DNA from: a virus
Taxonomy: Duplodnaviria > Caudoviricetes
Reading direction: 5' to 3' (one strand)
Length of the DNA: 26,623 nt
IMG/VR virus record: IMGVR_UViG_3300020045_003977
Coordinates: 1-26,623 of that record
Numbering within the stretch: the first letter of the stretch is position 1; each line of letters opens with the position of its first letter. The position numbers were made by a program, and so were the translations under genes. Under the pieces are notes generated by a model that saw only the letters and a list, made by a program, of their open reading frames with translations, did no database searches and had not been told where the DNA came from. Below, piece after piece: positions 8,386 to 17,741 of the stretch.

Positions 8386-8906
8386 TAGGCAGCATCTACT
8401 ACAAGTGCATTGTAAGCAGTTACTCCAGCGGCTGCCAAAGTGTAGGCAAATGACGGTTCGAAAGTATTTAATGTAAACAAGAAACCTTGTGCATCTGTAC
8501 TTTCTACAACTGTCATTATTTCTCCACCGTTAACCGCTCCAGCTACTGTAATTTGACCATCATTATGTTCAAAGAAAACATTAAACACACCATCCAATAA
8601 CGCTTGAGCATCTGCAATATTTTTAATTCTTTCGCAATACATTAAAGCGAAAGTTCCAACTCCAGCTTTGTTTCCTGTCATTGTAACAGGATCTTTTGTA
8701 GCCGTTTCGATGAAGTTGTCCGCTGTATTTTTTACCTCAAAACGGTAAACGTCAGTAATTCCAACTGGCAAAGCAACAACGCCTGTTGATGTGTTTTGGA
8801 TAATACTCCCACTATCCCAAGTAGCAAAACCAATGGCTTTGTAACCTTTTGGCTTAATGAAGCCTGTTTTTTTTCTCGATGCTGTTAGCGTGGTTCCACA
8901 AGGCAT
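8385..8906 (-). CDS. Putative major tail tube/structural protein (173 aa)
   Basis: MPCGTTLTASR N-terminus; small-residue-rich, beta-strand-like; downstream of the capsid gene. Confidence 0.6.
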   Translation of the reverse strand: MPCGTTLTASRKKTGFIKPKGYKAIGFATWDSGSIIQNTSTGVVALPVGITDVYRFEVKNTADNFIETATKDPVTMTGNKAGVGTFALMYCERIKNIADAQALLDGVFNVFFEHNDGQITVAGAVNGGEIMTVVESTDAQGFLFTLNTFEPSFAYTLAAAGVTAYNALVVDAA

Positions 8907-8918
8907 ATCTTTTATTTT

Positions 8919-9221
8919 TTAAGTTAAATTTTTAATGTATAAATCAACTTCACAAATATAGGAAGTTGTATTTTCTGAAACGTTTTTAAAAACCCCGAAT
9001 GTTTCTATTTTTTCTCTTTTTTCAACTAACGAATTAATTTGTTTTTTCAAACCATTAACAATATCTGGCATACCTTTTTTGATGTCAGATTTTAAAACAG
9101 TCAGCGTTAATTTTTCAATAGAGTTGTAAGCTGGAAAAGTGTTTACTAATGGTTTTTTATAACCGATAGGCAAATGTTTTTCAGGCAAACAATTAAGAAC
9201 TCCTAAATTAATTCGTGGCAT
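8919..9221 (-). CDS. Hypothetical protein after the capsid gene (100 aa)
   Basis: Open ORF filling the gap between the terminator and the next gene; function unknown. Confidence 0.6.
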   Translation of the reverse strand: MPRINLGVLNCLPEKHLPIGYKKPLVNTFPAYNSIEKLTLTVLKSDIKKGMPDIVNGLKKQINSLVEKREKIETFGVFKNVSENTTSYICEVDLYIKNLT

Positions 9222-9235
9222 AAACTTTTTGTATT

Positions 9236-9261
9236 AAAAAACCCCCTCAAACGAGAGGGTT
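9236..9261 (-). terminator. Intrinsic terminator after the major capsid gene
   Basis: Minus strand ACCCTCTC-GTTT-GAGGGGGT followed by a U run; the usual post-capsid position. Confidence 0.85.
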
Positions 9262-9284
9262 AGTTATTTAGAATCTTTTTTAGA

Positions 9285-10316
9285 TTATCCGTTATAAAGG
9301 ACGTTCCATTTTTGTTTCACAACCCAAGTAGTCATTGAGTTGATTAGTTTCAAGATTCTTCGAGTAGATGCGTTAGCTTCTTTTTCGATAATCAATTGAG
9401 AAGAATCACTCAATAAATCCATAACTAATTTTAAGTTATATTTTTGAGCAGCAATTACAAAATCAACTAAATCAACGAATATAATTCTAACGTCGTTAAA
9501 ATACATGTCGTTAAATGAAGTTCCTACAAAGTTTTCTTGCAAAGCTGCGCCTTGAACCCTGTTAACTGATTTAATCATTTTGTAATGACCTTTTGGAGCA
9601 AAAATTACTGGAGCATCATCGCCAGTCATTACAAGCACGTCATTTGGAATAGCGTTGTAAATCTTCACATATTCTGCTACGATGTTGGCTGTCGTGATTG
9701 TTGTTCCTGTCACTTTTAAATAATCCCCTAAACCAGCTCCTGCAGTTGCTTTTGACTGAGAATCATTGTATAACATAGTTGCAGGGATTGAATCAAACAA
9801 GGTAGTTGGCATTGCTGCAACTTTTGTTTGAGCTGCTGCCGTTATACTTCCTTGTCCTGCTCCAGGAGTTAATGCTGCAATAGCTGCTTTTGTAGCAGTA
9901 GTTGCTCCATCCCAAACCCAAGATTCCAATTTTGCTCCAACTGCTGGTTGCACTTGAATTAAAACTTTTTGATCGAACTCGTCAGAAACTACATTGTAAG
10001 CTCCTGCTTTCATTGATTTTTCAAAACGTGTACCTTTTAAAGAGCTTTCGTCAATAATACCCTCAACGTTAAATGTTTTAAGGTTTACAATTGATTTTTG
10101 AGATTTCAAGTTTACGTTGTCAGCGGTTACCGCTCCATAGTTTGCAGCCGTGAAAGTAATTTCTGCTGAACTTTCGTAAATGTCCAATCCTGATTTGTGA
10201 CCTTCTACAAGCTCGATCGTTTCTCCTCTGAACGTCGGGGAATCTGCGTAGATTTCCTGAACAATTTCTGCGTACTCGCCAGCTTCGGTTTTAGTACCTG
10301 TATAAGTTACTGCCAT
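9285..10316 (-). CDS. Major capsid protein (343 aa)
   Basis: Follows the protease/scaffold gene and precedes a terminator; size and Ala/Thr/Val-rich composition fit. Called mainly on context. Confidence 0.75.
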   Translation of the reverse strand: MAVTYTGTKTEAGEYAEIVQEIYADSPTFRGETIELVEGHKSGLDIYESSAEITFTAANYGAVTADNVNLKSQKSIVNLKTFNVEGIIDESSLKGTRFEKSMKAGAYNVVSDEFDQKVLIQVQPAVGAKLESWVWDGATTATKAAIAALTPGAGQGSITAAAQTKVAAMPTTLFDSIPATMLYNDSQSKATAGAGLGDYLKVTGTTITTANIVAEYVKIYNAIPNDVLVMTGDDAPVIFAPKGHYKMIKSVNRVQGAALQENFVGTSFNDMYFNDVRIIFVDLVDFVIAAQKYNLKLVMDLLSDSSQLIIEKEANASTRRILKLINSMTTWVVKQKWNVLYNG

Positions 10317-10336
10317 TGTTTTATTTTTTTAATGAT

Positions 10337-11377
10337 TTATAATTTTCCTCTGTTGTATAATGCTTTTTCTTTGTTCGTCATTTCTGAATAAAGTTTTGCA
10401 ACTGGTGCTGGTGTCTGCACTTTTTTAGCTTCGATAATGTCAGCTGTCAATTTCACAATTTCTTTATCCTTATCCTCAACAGATAATTTTAAAGTTGCAA
10501 TTTCTGTTTCTGCTGTTTCTTTGGCAAACTTTTCAGTTTCGTACTCGGCAAGTTTTGCTTTTAAATCAGCAATTTCAGTTTCTAACGCTGTAATTTTTGC
10601 GTCTTTGTCGTCTTCTGCTGGAGGCGTTTCTTCCTCCATTTCAACTTCCATTTCCGAAACCTTTCCTTCTGAATCAGTTTTGTGCTTTTTGCCGTCAAAT
10701 TCAAATTCTTTATCAGCTAAAGGATTTCCGTCAGTATCGGTAATAATTGAACCATCCTCTAATGAAGTTCCAAAAACACCAGCGGCATATTCTGTTTTTT
10801 CATCTGCAAAAAGTGCAATTATTTTTTCTTTAATCGTTTTTACATTCATATTAAATTTATTAATTGGTTCTTCTTCTATTGGCATAAGTGCCGCTTCAAT
10901 TGACAATCCGGTAACTTTACCTGCTTTAATGTCTTGCCAAAGTTCTTCATTGTCAACTTTGTATCCTTTCATTAAAGTACCTTCTGGAACTTCAAAACCT
11001 AACTTTTCCGCTCGGTTATCTTCGCCAACTATCCAGTTTTCAAAACAATAAACACCCGTAATATCTTCGGTTTCGCTGTGATTTAGATTAATTTTAGAAT
11101 CATAACCATTTCTACAACCGTCCAAATGTAATTTTAAGATAGTTTCTTTGTCAAAAAATACATTAGCTGGCTCTCCATTTACATTTTTTCTAAAAATATC
11201 CAAGTCTGGAATCAAAGCTGGTGCGTAAATAATACGTTTTTCATCGTCAGAAAATATAAACTTTCGTTTTTCTTCCGTGAAATACATCAACTTTGATTGA
11301 ATCGCAGGTTCGGCAACAAAGGAAACTTTTAAAAGTCCTTTAGAATCTTCGCCTGTATGTATCTTGTATCTTTTCAT
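10337..11377 (-). CDS. Prohead serine protease (XkdF-like) fused to an acidic coiled-coil scaffold (346 aa)
   Basis: VSFVAEPAIQ, RIIYAPALIPD, INLNH, ENWIV, PEGT, IKAGKVTGLSIEA, then an E/K-rich helical C-terminal half. Confidence 0.85.
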   Translation of the reverse strand: MKRYKIHTGEDSKGLLKVSFVAEPAIQSKLMYFTEEKRKFIFSDDEKRIIYAPALIPDLDIFRKNVNGEPANVFFDKETILKLHLDGCRNGYDSKINLNHSETEDITGVYCFENWIVGEDNRAEKLGFEVPEGTLMKGYKVDNEELWQDIKAGKVTGLSIEAALMPIEEEPINKFNMNVKTIKEKIIALFADEKTEYAAGVFGTSLEDGSIITDTDGNPLADKEFEFDGKKHKTDSEGKVSEMEVEMEEETPPAEDDKDAKITALETEIADLKAKLAEYETEKFAKETAETEIATLKLSVEDKDKEIVKLTADIIEAKKVQTPAPVAKLYSEMTNKEKALYNRGKL

Positions 11378-11391
11378 TTGTGTATAACGAC

Positions 11392-11427
11392 AAAAAGCCT
11401 AATCGAAATTAATCAATTAGGCTTTTT
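11392..11427 (-). terminator. Intrinsic terminator (potentially bidirectional) immediately upstream of the protease gene
   Basis: AAAAAGCCTAAT-N12-ATTAGGCTTTTT perfect 12-bp inverted repeat. Confidence 0.8.
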
Positions 11428-11492
11428 AAGTCTTTTAGTTTCGTTTTCAAAATGGCTAAATTTTGGTTTTGTGCATCTTCACACAATTTTCA
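11392..11492 (-). ncRNA. Candidate small RNA/leader with TTGTGT-GAAGAT-GCACAA hairpin
   Basis: Between a perfect -7 box and a terminator; hairpin at 11469-11486; anti-start-codon segment TTTAGCCATTTT at 11449-11460. Confidence 0.5.
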
Positions 11493-11496
11493 ATCA

Positions 11497-11525
11497 CAAA
11501 TATAAATAATTTTTAATTAACCAAA
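11497..11525 (-). promoter_or_regulatory. Bacteroidota sigma-A type promoter
   Basis: TTTG-N17-TATATTTG; spacer slightly short. Confidence 0.65.
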
Positions 11526-13445
11526 GCTATTTTGTTGAATTAATTTTGCATCAAGGTCTGTTTGTGTTTTAACCTCACTACCTACAACATATGTTTTTAT
11601 AATTGGCAATGTTTGTTGTGATGCCGAAATCGATGTTGCAATCTGATTTTCACTACTCGCTTGAAAGCCTGTTTGCGGGGTTGCCGAAACTCCATTCGGA
11701 ACTTGTTGCGGTGCTGGTGCAGTAATAGAACCACCACCACCAACTGCTTGCAACGCTTTATTTGTTCCAGAAACAATCGAAGCCGCACTAACCGCACCTG
11801 TTGCAATATCCAACGCAATGGGTGCGATATTTGCAGGGAATCCAAGTTTTAAATCAGAAGTAACCGCTGCTGCTGTATTAGCAATAGACTTGCCTAAATT
11901 AATTCCACCTTCAGCAATAATTCCAGCTTTTTGAACGGCTTTGTTTTTTCCTGCCAAAGCCTGAACGCCTTTTGCTAAAGCTTCACCATTGGCAAGCATC
12001 CTGTCTTTTGACTCTAATTGTATAGCGTCTAAATCATCAGCTTCTTTTTTCTTTTTTGCTAAATCTTTATCTCTTTTCTCATTATTTTCGTCTTCAACTT
12101 TTTGAGCTACATCAAAAGCATCGAAAATAGATTGCTCTTTTCTTGCTCTTTCGTCTATTTGATCCTGGATGTCCTGATTTACTTTGGCAACATTCATAAC
12201 GCCAATTTGAGCCAACACATCGGCATCAAATTTTTTCTGTTCTTCTAATAATTTAGCGTTGGCATCTTTTTTGTCCTGCAATCTTTTCGCTTCGGCTTCT
12301 CTTTGTTTATCCGCTGCTTTTTGGTTAGCATCTGTTTGCGCTTGAACAACTGCGACCTCGTGAGAATTTTGTAACGATATAAGAACTCCGTATCCCGCAC
12401 TAACTGCCGCTTCTGCTTTACTTATATTTTCTTGCGCTTTTTTTAATGTTTGCGCATTGAATTCGGTCGGGTTATCTCGATTGGCTTCGTATGCTCTTTG
12501 CTCAGCTCTTATTGCTTCTTTTTCAAAATTCTTTGCAAGTTGCAAATCTTGATCCGCTAAAGCTTTTGTTTCTTTATAAATTTGTGCCTCGCTTGCTCCA
12601 GAAGCACGTAATAAATCAATCTTATGATTGTTGTTTAGTTGATTAAATTTTGAATTTTTTTCAAACGCTGTTGCTTGGTGTTCGATAGCTTGCGTTAATT
12701 GCATCGATGCAACTTTCGCTTTTTCTTCTTCTTTCGCTGCATCTCCTGTGATTTTTACAAAAGCATAAACAACCGCAATTGCAGCAACAATTCCAGCAGT
12801 AATTGCCACTATTGGATTTGCCAACAACGCTGCGTTCCAACTCCAAGCGGCTGTCGTGGCTTGCACTTCGGCGACCGCAACGGCTTCCGTGGTGGCGACT
12901 TCCACAACATCGGCGGCAGATTTTGCTTTCTTGGAAGCTGTCAATACTGCATAAGCATCTGACAAACCAGCAACCGAACTAGTAACTCCTAATATAGCCT
13001 GTGCGCTTCCGATTACTTTATCTAAAACTTGACTTTCAATTCCTAAAGCTGTAAATCCATCTTTAACACCGCCCAAAGATAAAGCTGCAATACCAGCGGT
13101 CTGGGTCAGTTTTCTAAATTTTTCATCAGGATTGTACGAGGCAACTAAATCTTTTTGAAATCCTATCTCATCTTTGATTCCTGCAACCGCCTTTGTGGCT
13201 TTTATTGCTTCAGCACTTGTCGAGCCGTATTGAGCAGAAAGTTTCTGCTGTTCAATTATGGCTTCTCGAAGTTGAACTTTTAAAGACTTGTATTGCTCTT
13301 CTTGATTATCTGTTGCGGTTGTACTTTTCTTTGTCGCTTCTGTTGTCTGGTCAATGGACGCACGTAATCCCTGCACATCTTTAGATGCATCATCGGCATT
13401 CGTTTGAAAATCTATCGAATACTTTTCTTTATTTTCTTCTGCCAT
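11517..13445 (-). CDS. Tape-measure-like tail protein (642 aa)
   Basis: Ala/Lys/Glu/Gln-rich coiled coil, WNAALLANPIVAITAGIVAAIA hydrophobic motif, C-terminal KTYVVGSEV. Confidence 0.75.
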   Translation of the reverse strand: MAEENKEKYSIDFQTNADDASKDVQGLRASIDQTTEATKKSTTATDNQEEQYKSLKVQLREAIIEQQKLSAQYGSTSAEAIKATKAVAGIKDEIGFQKDLVASYNPDEKFRKLTQTAGIAALSLGGVKDGFTALGIESQVLDKVIGSAQAILGVTSSVAGLSDAYAVLTASKKAKSAADVVEVATTEAVAVAEVQATTAAWSWNAALLANPIVAITAGIVAAIAVVYAFVKITGDAAKEEEKAKVASMQLTQAIEHQATAFEKNSKFNQLNNNHKIDLLRASGASEAQIYKETKALADQDLQLAKNFEKEAIRAEQRAYEANRDNPTEFNAQTLKKAQENISKAEAAVSAGYGVLISLQNSHEVAVVQAQTDANQKAADKQREAEAKRLQDKKDANAKLLEEQKKFDADVLAQIGVMNVAKVNQDIQDQIDERARKEQSIFDAFDVAQKVEDENNEKRDKDLAKKKKEADDLDAIQLESKDRMLANGEALAKGVQALAGKNKAVQKAGIIAEGGINLGKSIANTAAAVTSDLKLGFPANIAPIALDIATGAVSAASIVSGTNKALQAVGGGGSITAPAPQQVPNGVSATPQTGFQASSENQIATSISASQQTLPIIKTYVVGSEVKTQTDLDAKLIQQNSFG

Positions 13446-13448
13446 CGT

Positions 13449-15695
13449 TTAAAAATTTAATAAGTTCATAGTGGCATCGCCTGTTGTAATATCTATTTGA
13501 GCATCGATAATCGAAAAACGTTGCTCCTGCAAAACTATTTCATTTTGCAATCTGAATCCGTCTGGCACTTGCGACATTCCTGCATTCGTTGTTTTATAAT
13601 TTAAAACTAATTCCGATGCTGGCAATCTTAATTTATACAGTTGTTTCAATGTGTTAGGATTCAACAATCTTTCGGTTTGTCTTTTATAAAAATCATAATA
13701 CAAGCTTCTTATTGTCGCTTCTTGTATCAATGAAAAACCAAACGATGTACCTAGTGAATGCACAGGACTTGTTTTAATATAACTTTTCAATTCTCCTGTA
13801 ACTGTGATATTAGAAGTATTTGTTTTTTGAAATCCTAAAGATTTTTCTCCATCTAATAATCGTAACCCAACTGCAAAAAATATAGTAAAATCTTCGGTAT
13901 TCGGTTTATATCGCTTTTCTCCAGTCACTAAAGTTTCGGGTGTTTCGTTTGTAAAGCCATAACTTGTAAATTCATCTACCATACCAGCGATTGGCAACGC
14001 TTCCAGTATCGAAAAATTGGTTTCAACTTTAAATTCCAATAAATCTTGTGTTGGTTTTATTGTTGGGTAGGTTGTTTGTCCAAATTCGATTCCACGTGCT
14101 GCCAAATAATCGGCATTCGATTTGTATTTTGATGTTTTATGTTTAAAATTATAGTAATTATAATCGGCTGCGATTGTTTTTGTAACCGATTTTGATATTA
14201 TGAATTCGGTATAATCAACTTCTTTTTTAGAGTAACTTTTATTTGGAATCAATAAATCATTTGGAGTTAACCAAAATAATTTATCATCGCTTGGAGAAGC
14301 GTCAAAAATAGAAATATTAAACATTTTAATAAACGATGCGAGAAAATCTGTGCACTTCATATCGGGCAAAGACTTGTATAAATCAATTCGAGTTCCTCCC
14401 ATTGTTGCGCTGTTATTATTTCCAAAACTTTCTTGTTTGTAATCTGCACTTGCCGAACGTGTCGAACCTCCTCCAGCGTTGGAATCGTAATAAGTATTGT
14501 AAATTCCAATATCACTTGAAGTCCAAAATATTGGCGAGGTCGGTTTTATTTTAAGTTTAAATATAAATGTTCCTGAAAGAAAATCAGTATCCTTAATCAA
14601 AAAATCAGCGGTTACATTCCCATTTTCTACCTTAGAGGTTATCTGATTAAATATTGCGCCGTTACTTAATTCAATGACAAAATTTACATCAACATCACTT
14701 TCTCCTTTGGTCGAAACTACATTGTTAAAATATATTCTTAAGTTTACCCAACCGTAAAAATTCCCACTTGCCGATGGGTCTTTTGTAATTGTCATTTGAT
14801 TAGTTGACAAATTTCCGTTAATCAAATATTTTCTTTCGTTAGGTATTCTGTCAGGTCTTCGGGTGTTGAATTCAATAGACGATCCAAACTGCTTTATCAA
14901 ATCAAAATAAACAAAATCAACCGCTTGAGCTTTTGCAGAATTACACCAAATGTACCAGTCGTTATATTCTTGCGTGTTTTCTAAAGGCATTTCAATATCC
15001 AAATTGTATTTGATTTTCATCATATCAATAATGGTTCTCGCTTGAACTGCTGGAGAAAACTCTTCGCTCTTTAATACTTTCGTGCTTGTTGGATTGGCTG
15101 CTGCCAAATAGCGAACGTTGTCCAAATAATTAGTCGTTGTTACTTGCTGCCTTTGAAATATTCTAATGTTTGAAATTAACGGTACATAATACTTTACATC
15201 AACTCCTGGTCTTGGTTGCGATGGTGCTAAACGAATAGAACTAATGCTTTGGAAAACTTCATTTGGAATCCAATTAATTTGAACAGGATTAGTTGGTAAA
15301 TCGTTAATCAAATCATCGCCCATACGCAAAGCTAACGATAACATTGTTGTTGTAAAGTTTGCCGTAAATGATTTTACAAATCCGCTTTCTTCACGAACCT
15401 CTGTAAGCTTTAATTTCCCTGTTTGGGATAATAAACCGTTAGAATATATTTTGCACGAAAAAAGATTGTCGGTTTTTGTTTTGAACACTTTTGTATTACC
15501 AACAAAACCAAATATTCTTTGATTGTTTAAAGTACCTGGAAACGTAAACGACAAACTGAAAGGAGAAAATATTTTAGACAAATCAGTAGTATCCTTTAGT
15601 ACATACTTCATTATTAGGCTTTCATTTTTGCCTAAATCAATCTTGTAAAAGTTTTCGTTATCGATGGAAATATATACTTCGGTTTGTAGTTTCAT
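13449..15695 (-). CDS. Large minor tail/tail-tip protein (748 aa)
   Basis: DTTDLSKIFSPFSLSFTFPGTLNNQRIF N-terminus and LPDMKCTDFLASFIKMFN motif, typical of Bacteroidota phage tail proteins; adjacent to the tape measure. Confidence 0.7.
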   Translation of the reverse strand: MKLQTEVYISIDNENFYKIDLGKNESLIMKYVLKDTTDLSKIFSPFSLSFTFPGTLNNQRIFGFVGNTKVFKTKTDNLFSCKIYSNGLLSQTGKLKLTEVREESGFVKSFTANFTTTMLSLALRMGDDLINDLPTNPVQINWIPNEVFQSISSIRLAPSQPRPGVDVKYYVPLISNIRIFQRQQVTTTNYLDNVRYLAAANPTSTKVLKSEEFSPAVQARTIIDMMKIKYNLDIEMPLENTQEYNDWYIWCNSAKAQAVDFVYFDLIKQFGSSIEFNTRRPDRIPNERKYLINGNLSTNQMTITKDPSASGNFYGWVNLRIYFNNVVSTKGESDVDVNFVIELSNGAIFNQITSKVENGNVTADFLIKDTDFLSGTFIFKLKIKPTSPIFWTSSDIGIYNTYYDSNAGGGSTRSASADYKQESFGNNNSATMGGTRIDLYKSLPDMKCTDFLASFIKMFNISIFDASPSDDKLFWLTPNDLLIPNKSYSKKEVDYTEFIISKSVTKTIAADYNYYNFKHKTSKYKSNADYLAARGIEFGQTTYPTIKPTQDLLEFKVETNFSILEALPIAGMVDEFTSYGFTNETPETLVTGEKRYKPNTEDFTIFFAVGLRLLDGEKSLGFQKTNTSNITVTGELKSYIKTSPVHSLGTSFGFSLIQEATIRSLYYDFYKRQTERLLNPNTLKQLYKLRLPASELVLNYKTTNAGMSQVPDGFRLQNEIVLQEQRFSIIDAQIDITTGDATMNLLNF

Positions 15696-15904
15696 AATTC
15701 AAAAATATCTACATTTTTCAAATATTCTCTAACTTCGTTAAGAAAATCAAAATTACCAGAAGTATGTACGTTGTATTTTTCTCCTGTATTTTCGATTAAT
15801 AAGTCAATGCAATATATGCAACAATCTCTTTTTTGTTCCATTGGTAATCCAAATCCATTGAAAAATTCCCAAACATCCTTTGCTTTTTTTTCTACTTCTT
15901 CCAT
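15692..15904 (-). CDS. Hypothetical protein (70 aa) inserted in the tail operon
   Basis: ATGA-coupled to the 748-aa gene; starts 1 nt after the upstream stop. Confidence 0.7.
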   Translation of the reverse strand: MEEVEKKAKDVWEFFNGFGLPMEQKRDCCIYCIDLLIENTGEKYNVHTSGNFDFLNEVREYLKNVDIFEL

Positions 15905-15905
15905 T

Positions 15906-17045
15906 TTATTTCAATTGATTAATTCTTCCCATTGTTACACCAAACTGCAAATCATAATTGATTTTACTTTTATCATTCAAACGAGTTTTTTTAATGAAGT
16001 CTTTGTTTTCATTTGTAACTGGTATTTGTTTGAATGTAGAAAAATATCCTAAATCCTGCGTGGTAACAGTTTCGTTGTCCACGGTGTAGGTTGTGCTGTC
16101 GACTGTTACCGTCGTGCTATCAACTGTTAATCCTACATTCGTAACAATAAAAGTTTCTCCAGTAAACTCAATCAAATAAACTAAAGGCGAATAAATTACC
16201 TCTTCAACTTGCTCAGTCATTGATTCGTGAAGATCACCTGTGTTGATTGTATATAATTGGTCAGTTGTTTCAATCATTCTATTTTTTGAATGATTTACAT
16301 TGTTGTTTATACTGTTCGGGTTACGGTATAATCTCGGTACGGTTTCTCCGTCTATTTTAATTGACTTAACCGCTTTTCCATAGGTCGTGAAATAATCCCA
16401 TAAACCGTGACGGTTCAGATATACAACTAGGTATTTATCCCCTAACTGGCATTTTGTTGAGGTTGGCACTACGTGAGTTGACAAAATAATATTTTCACTA
16501 GTGCAATCAATAAGCGTTTTCGTAAAATCAAAATCCCTTTTGAAGTATTTTATATGCTCGGTATATTTTCGATTGTAATTTATTGGCACTAATCCCAAAT
16601 AAGGTTGTTGGTTTTCTGTATCGCCTATCTGTTCGTAATCCCAACGATAGCCTAATGTTGCAAAATTAGTGTAACTTTCAACTGGTGCTTCAACTGTTGC
16701 ACTGATAACTTGGTATTTATAATGAAAAAATACACCTTCGCCAGCTATTGATGGAGCATTATCGCCAGTTGCCCAAGCAAATTTAGTGCCTTTGATGTAA
16801 CTAGCAATAATTTCAGCAACCTGTATGTTAATATAATTATCGCCTGCACTTACTTTCTCAACTGGAAATGTATGACTTGCAAGTGTTGGTGGTGTATTTA
16901 GGTTTCCACTCCAGATATATAATTCTAAAACCATACTTTTTATGGTAGAATCTGCATTGGCATTTTGAACTCTAATATTTACAGGAGTTCCGTTTCCAAC
17001 CAAATAAATTTGGTCTTCGGTGGTTATGGTTGTTGGTGTAATCAT
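15906..17045 (-). CDS. Tail structural protein (379 aa)
   Basis: VVYLNRHGLWDYFT and YTINTG...EEVIYSPLVYL motifs seen in Bacteroidota phage tail proteins; internal 7-aa repeat. Confidence 0.7.
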   Translation of the reverse strand: MITPTTITTEDQIYLVGNGTPVNIRVQNANADSTIKSMVLELYIWSGNLNTPPTLASHTFPVEKVSAGDNYINIQVAEIIASYIKGTKFAWATGDNAPSIAGEGVFFHYKYQVISATVEAPVESYTNFATLGYRWDYEQIGDTENQQPYLGLVPINYNRKYTEHIKYFKRDFDFTKTLIDCTSENIILSTHVVPTSTKCQLGDKYLVVYLNRHGLWDYFTTYGKAVKSIKIDGETVPRLYRNPNSINNNVNHSKNRMIETTDQLYTINTGDLHESMTEQVEEVIYSPLVYLIEFTGETFIVTNVGLTVDSTTVTVDSTTYTVDNETVTTQDLGYFSTFKQIPVTNENKDFIKKTRLNDKSKINYDLQFGVTMGRINQLK

Positions 17046-17371
17046 TTCCTAAAAGGGTACATAACGGATTCAATTAAATCTTTTTTTATCACTTCGATTC
17101 CCAAAGGTACTAATTCTTTTATTGCAATCAACAAAGCATCATTTTCTCCGCTATTTTTTCCTGCTGGTCTTACATCCTTTCCATATTCATTTTGATAAAA
17201 GGTAAGGCGTGTATCAGGTTTCACAGCATAGTTAATCGAGTTTTTCAACGAGCCAGTTAATACCCTTGTTGTTTTTCTAGCTTGCTTATAAATCTTTACT
17301 CCTAATACTTCAAGATTCTGTTTGATTATCTTGTCGCTCGCTATCTGTGCTTTCGTTCTCCTTTTTGCCAT
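17042..17371 (-). CDS. HK97 gp10-like neck/tail-completion protein (109 aa)
   Basis: Basic protein with RVLTGSLKNSINY motif. Confidence 0.6.
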   Translation of the reverse strand: MAKRRTKAQIASDKIIKQNLEVLGVKIYKQARKTTRVLTGSLKNSINYAVKPDTRLTFYQNEYGKDVRPAGKNSGENDALLIAIKELVPLGIEVIKKDLIESVMYPFRK

Positions 17372-17741
17372 AATTTTTCAAGAAGTTTTTTATTCCATTG
17401 ATTCCTAATGATTTTCGTGTCGTTGCTTTCGTTGCTTTTGTTTCTACTGCCGCCCTGCCTGATGCCGTCCTTCTAACTACTTGGTAAGGGTTTCCGTTAT
17501 CATCAACATAAATTAAATTAAACGGCGCGTCTATCGGAAACATTTTATTTATATTCTCTTCTAAATCTGAATTATCGCCAAACTGTCCGTAAAAAACTTC
17601 AGTAAATGTGATTACTCCCTGTAAATTTACCACAAAAGAAATAGAACGCTTCAATCTTCCAGTATCAACGTGAGCAGATGCCTTGGATTTTTGCACAATA
17701 TCACGTGCAATGGCTATTAATTCGCTTTGACTATATGCCAC
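17310..17741 (-). CDS. HK97 gp10-like neck/tail-completion protein (143 aa)
   Basis: HVDTGRLKRSISF motif; apparent paralog of the downstream ORF. Confidence 0.6.
   Translation of the reverse strand: MAYSQSELIAIARDIVQKSKASAHVDTGRLKRSISFVVNLQGVITFTEVFYGQFGDNSDLEENINKMFPIDAPFNLIYVDDNGNPYQVVRRTASGRAAVETKATKATTRKSLGINGIKNFLKNYGKKENESTDSERQDNQTES

Noticed and set aside
11452-11505. Plus-strand 17-aa mini-ORF MAKFWFCASSHNFQSQI antisense to the leader RNA
   Set aside because: No plus-strand promoter seen, and the bidirectional terminator lies just upstream. Better explained as the complement of an anti-start sequence.
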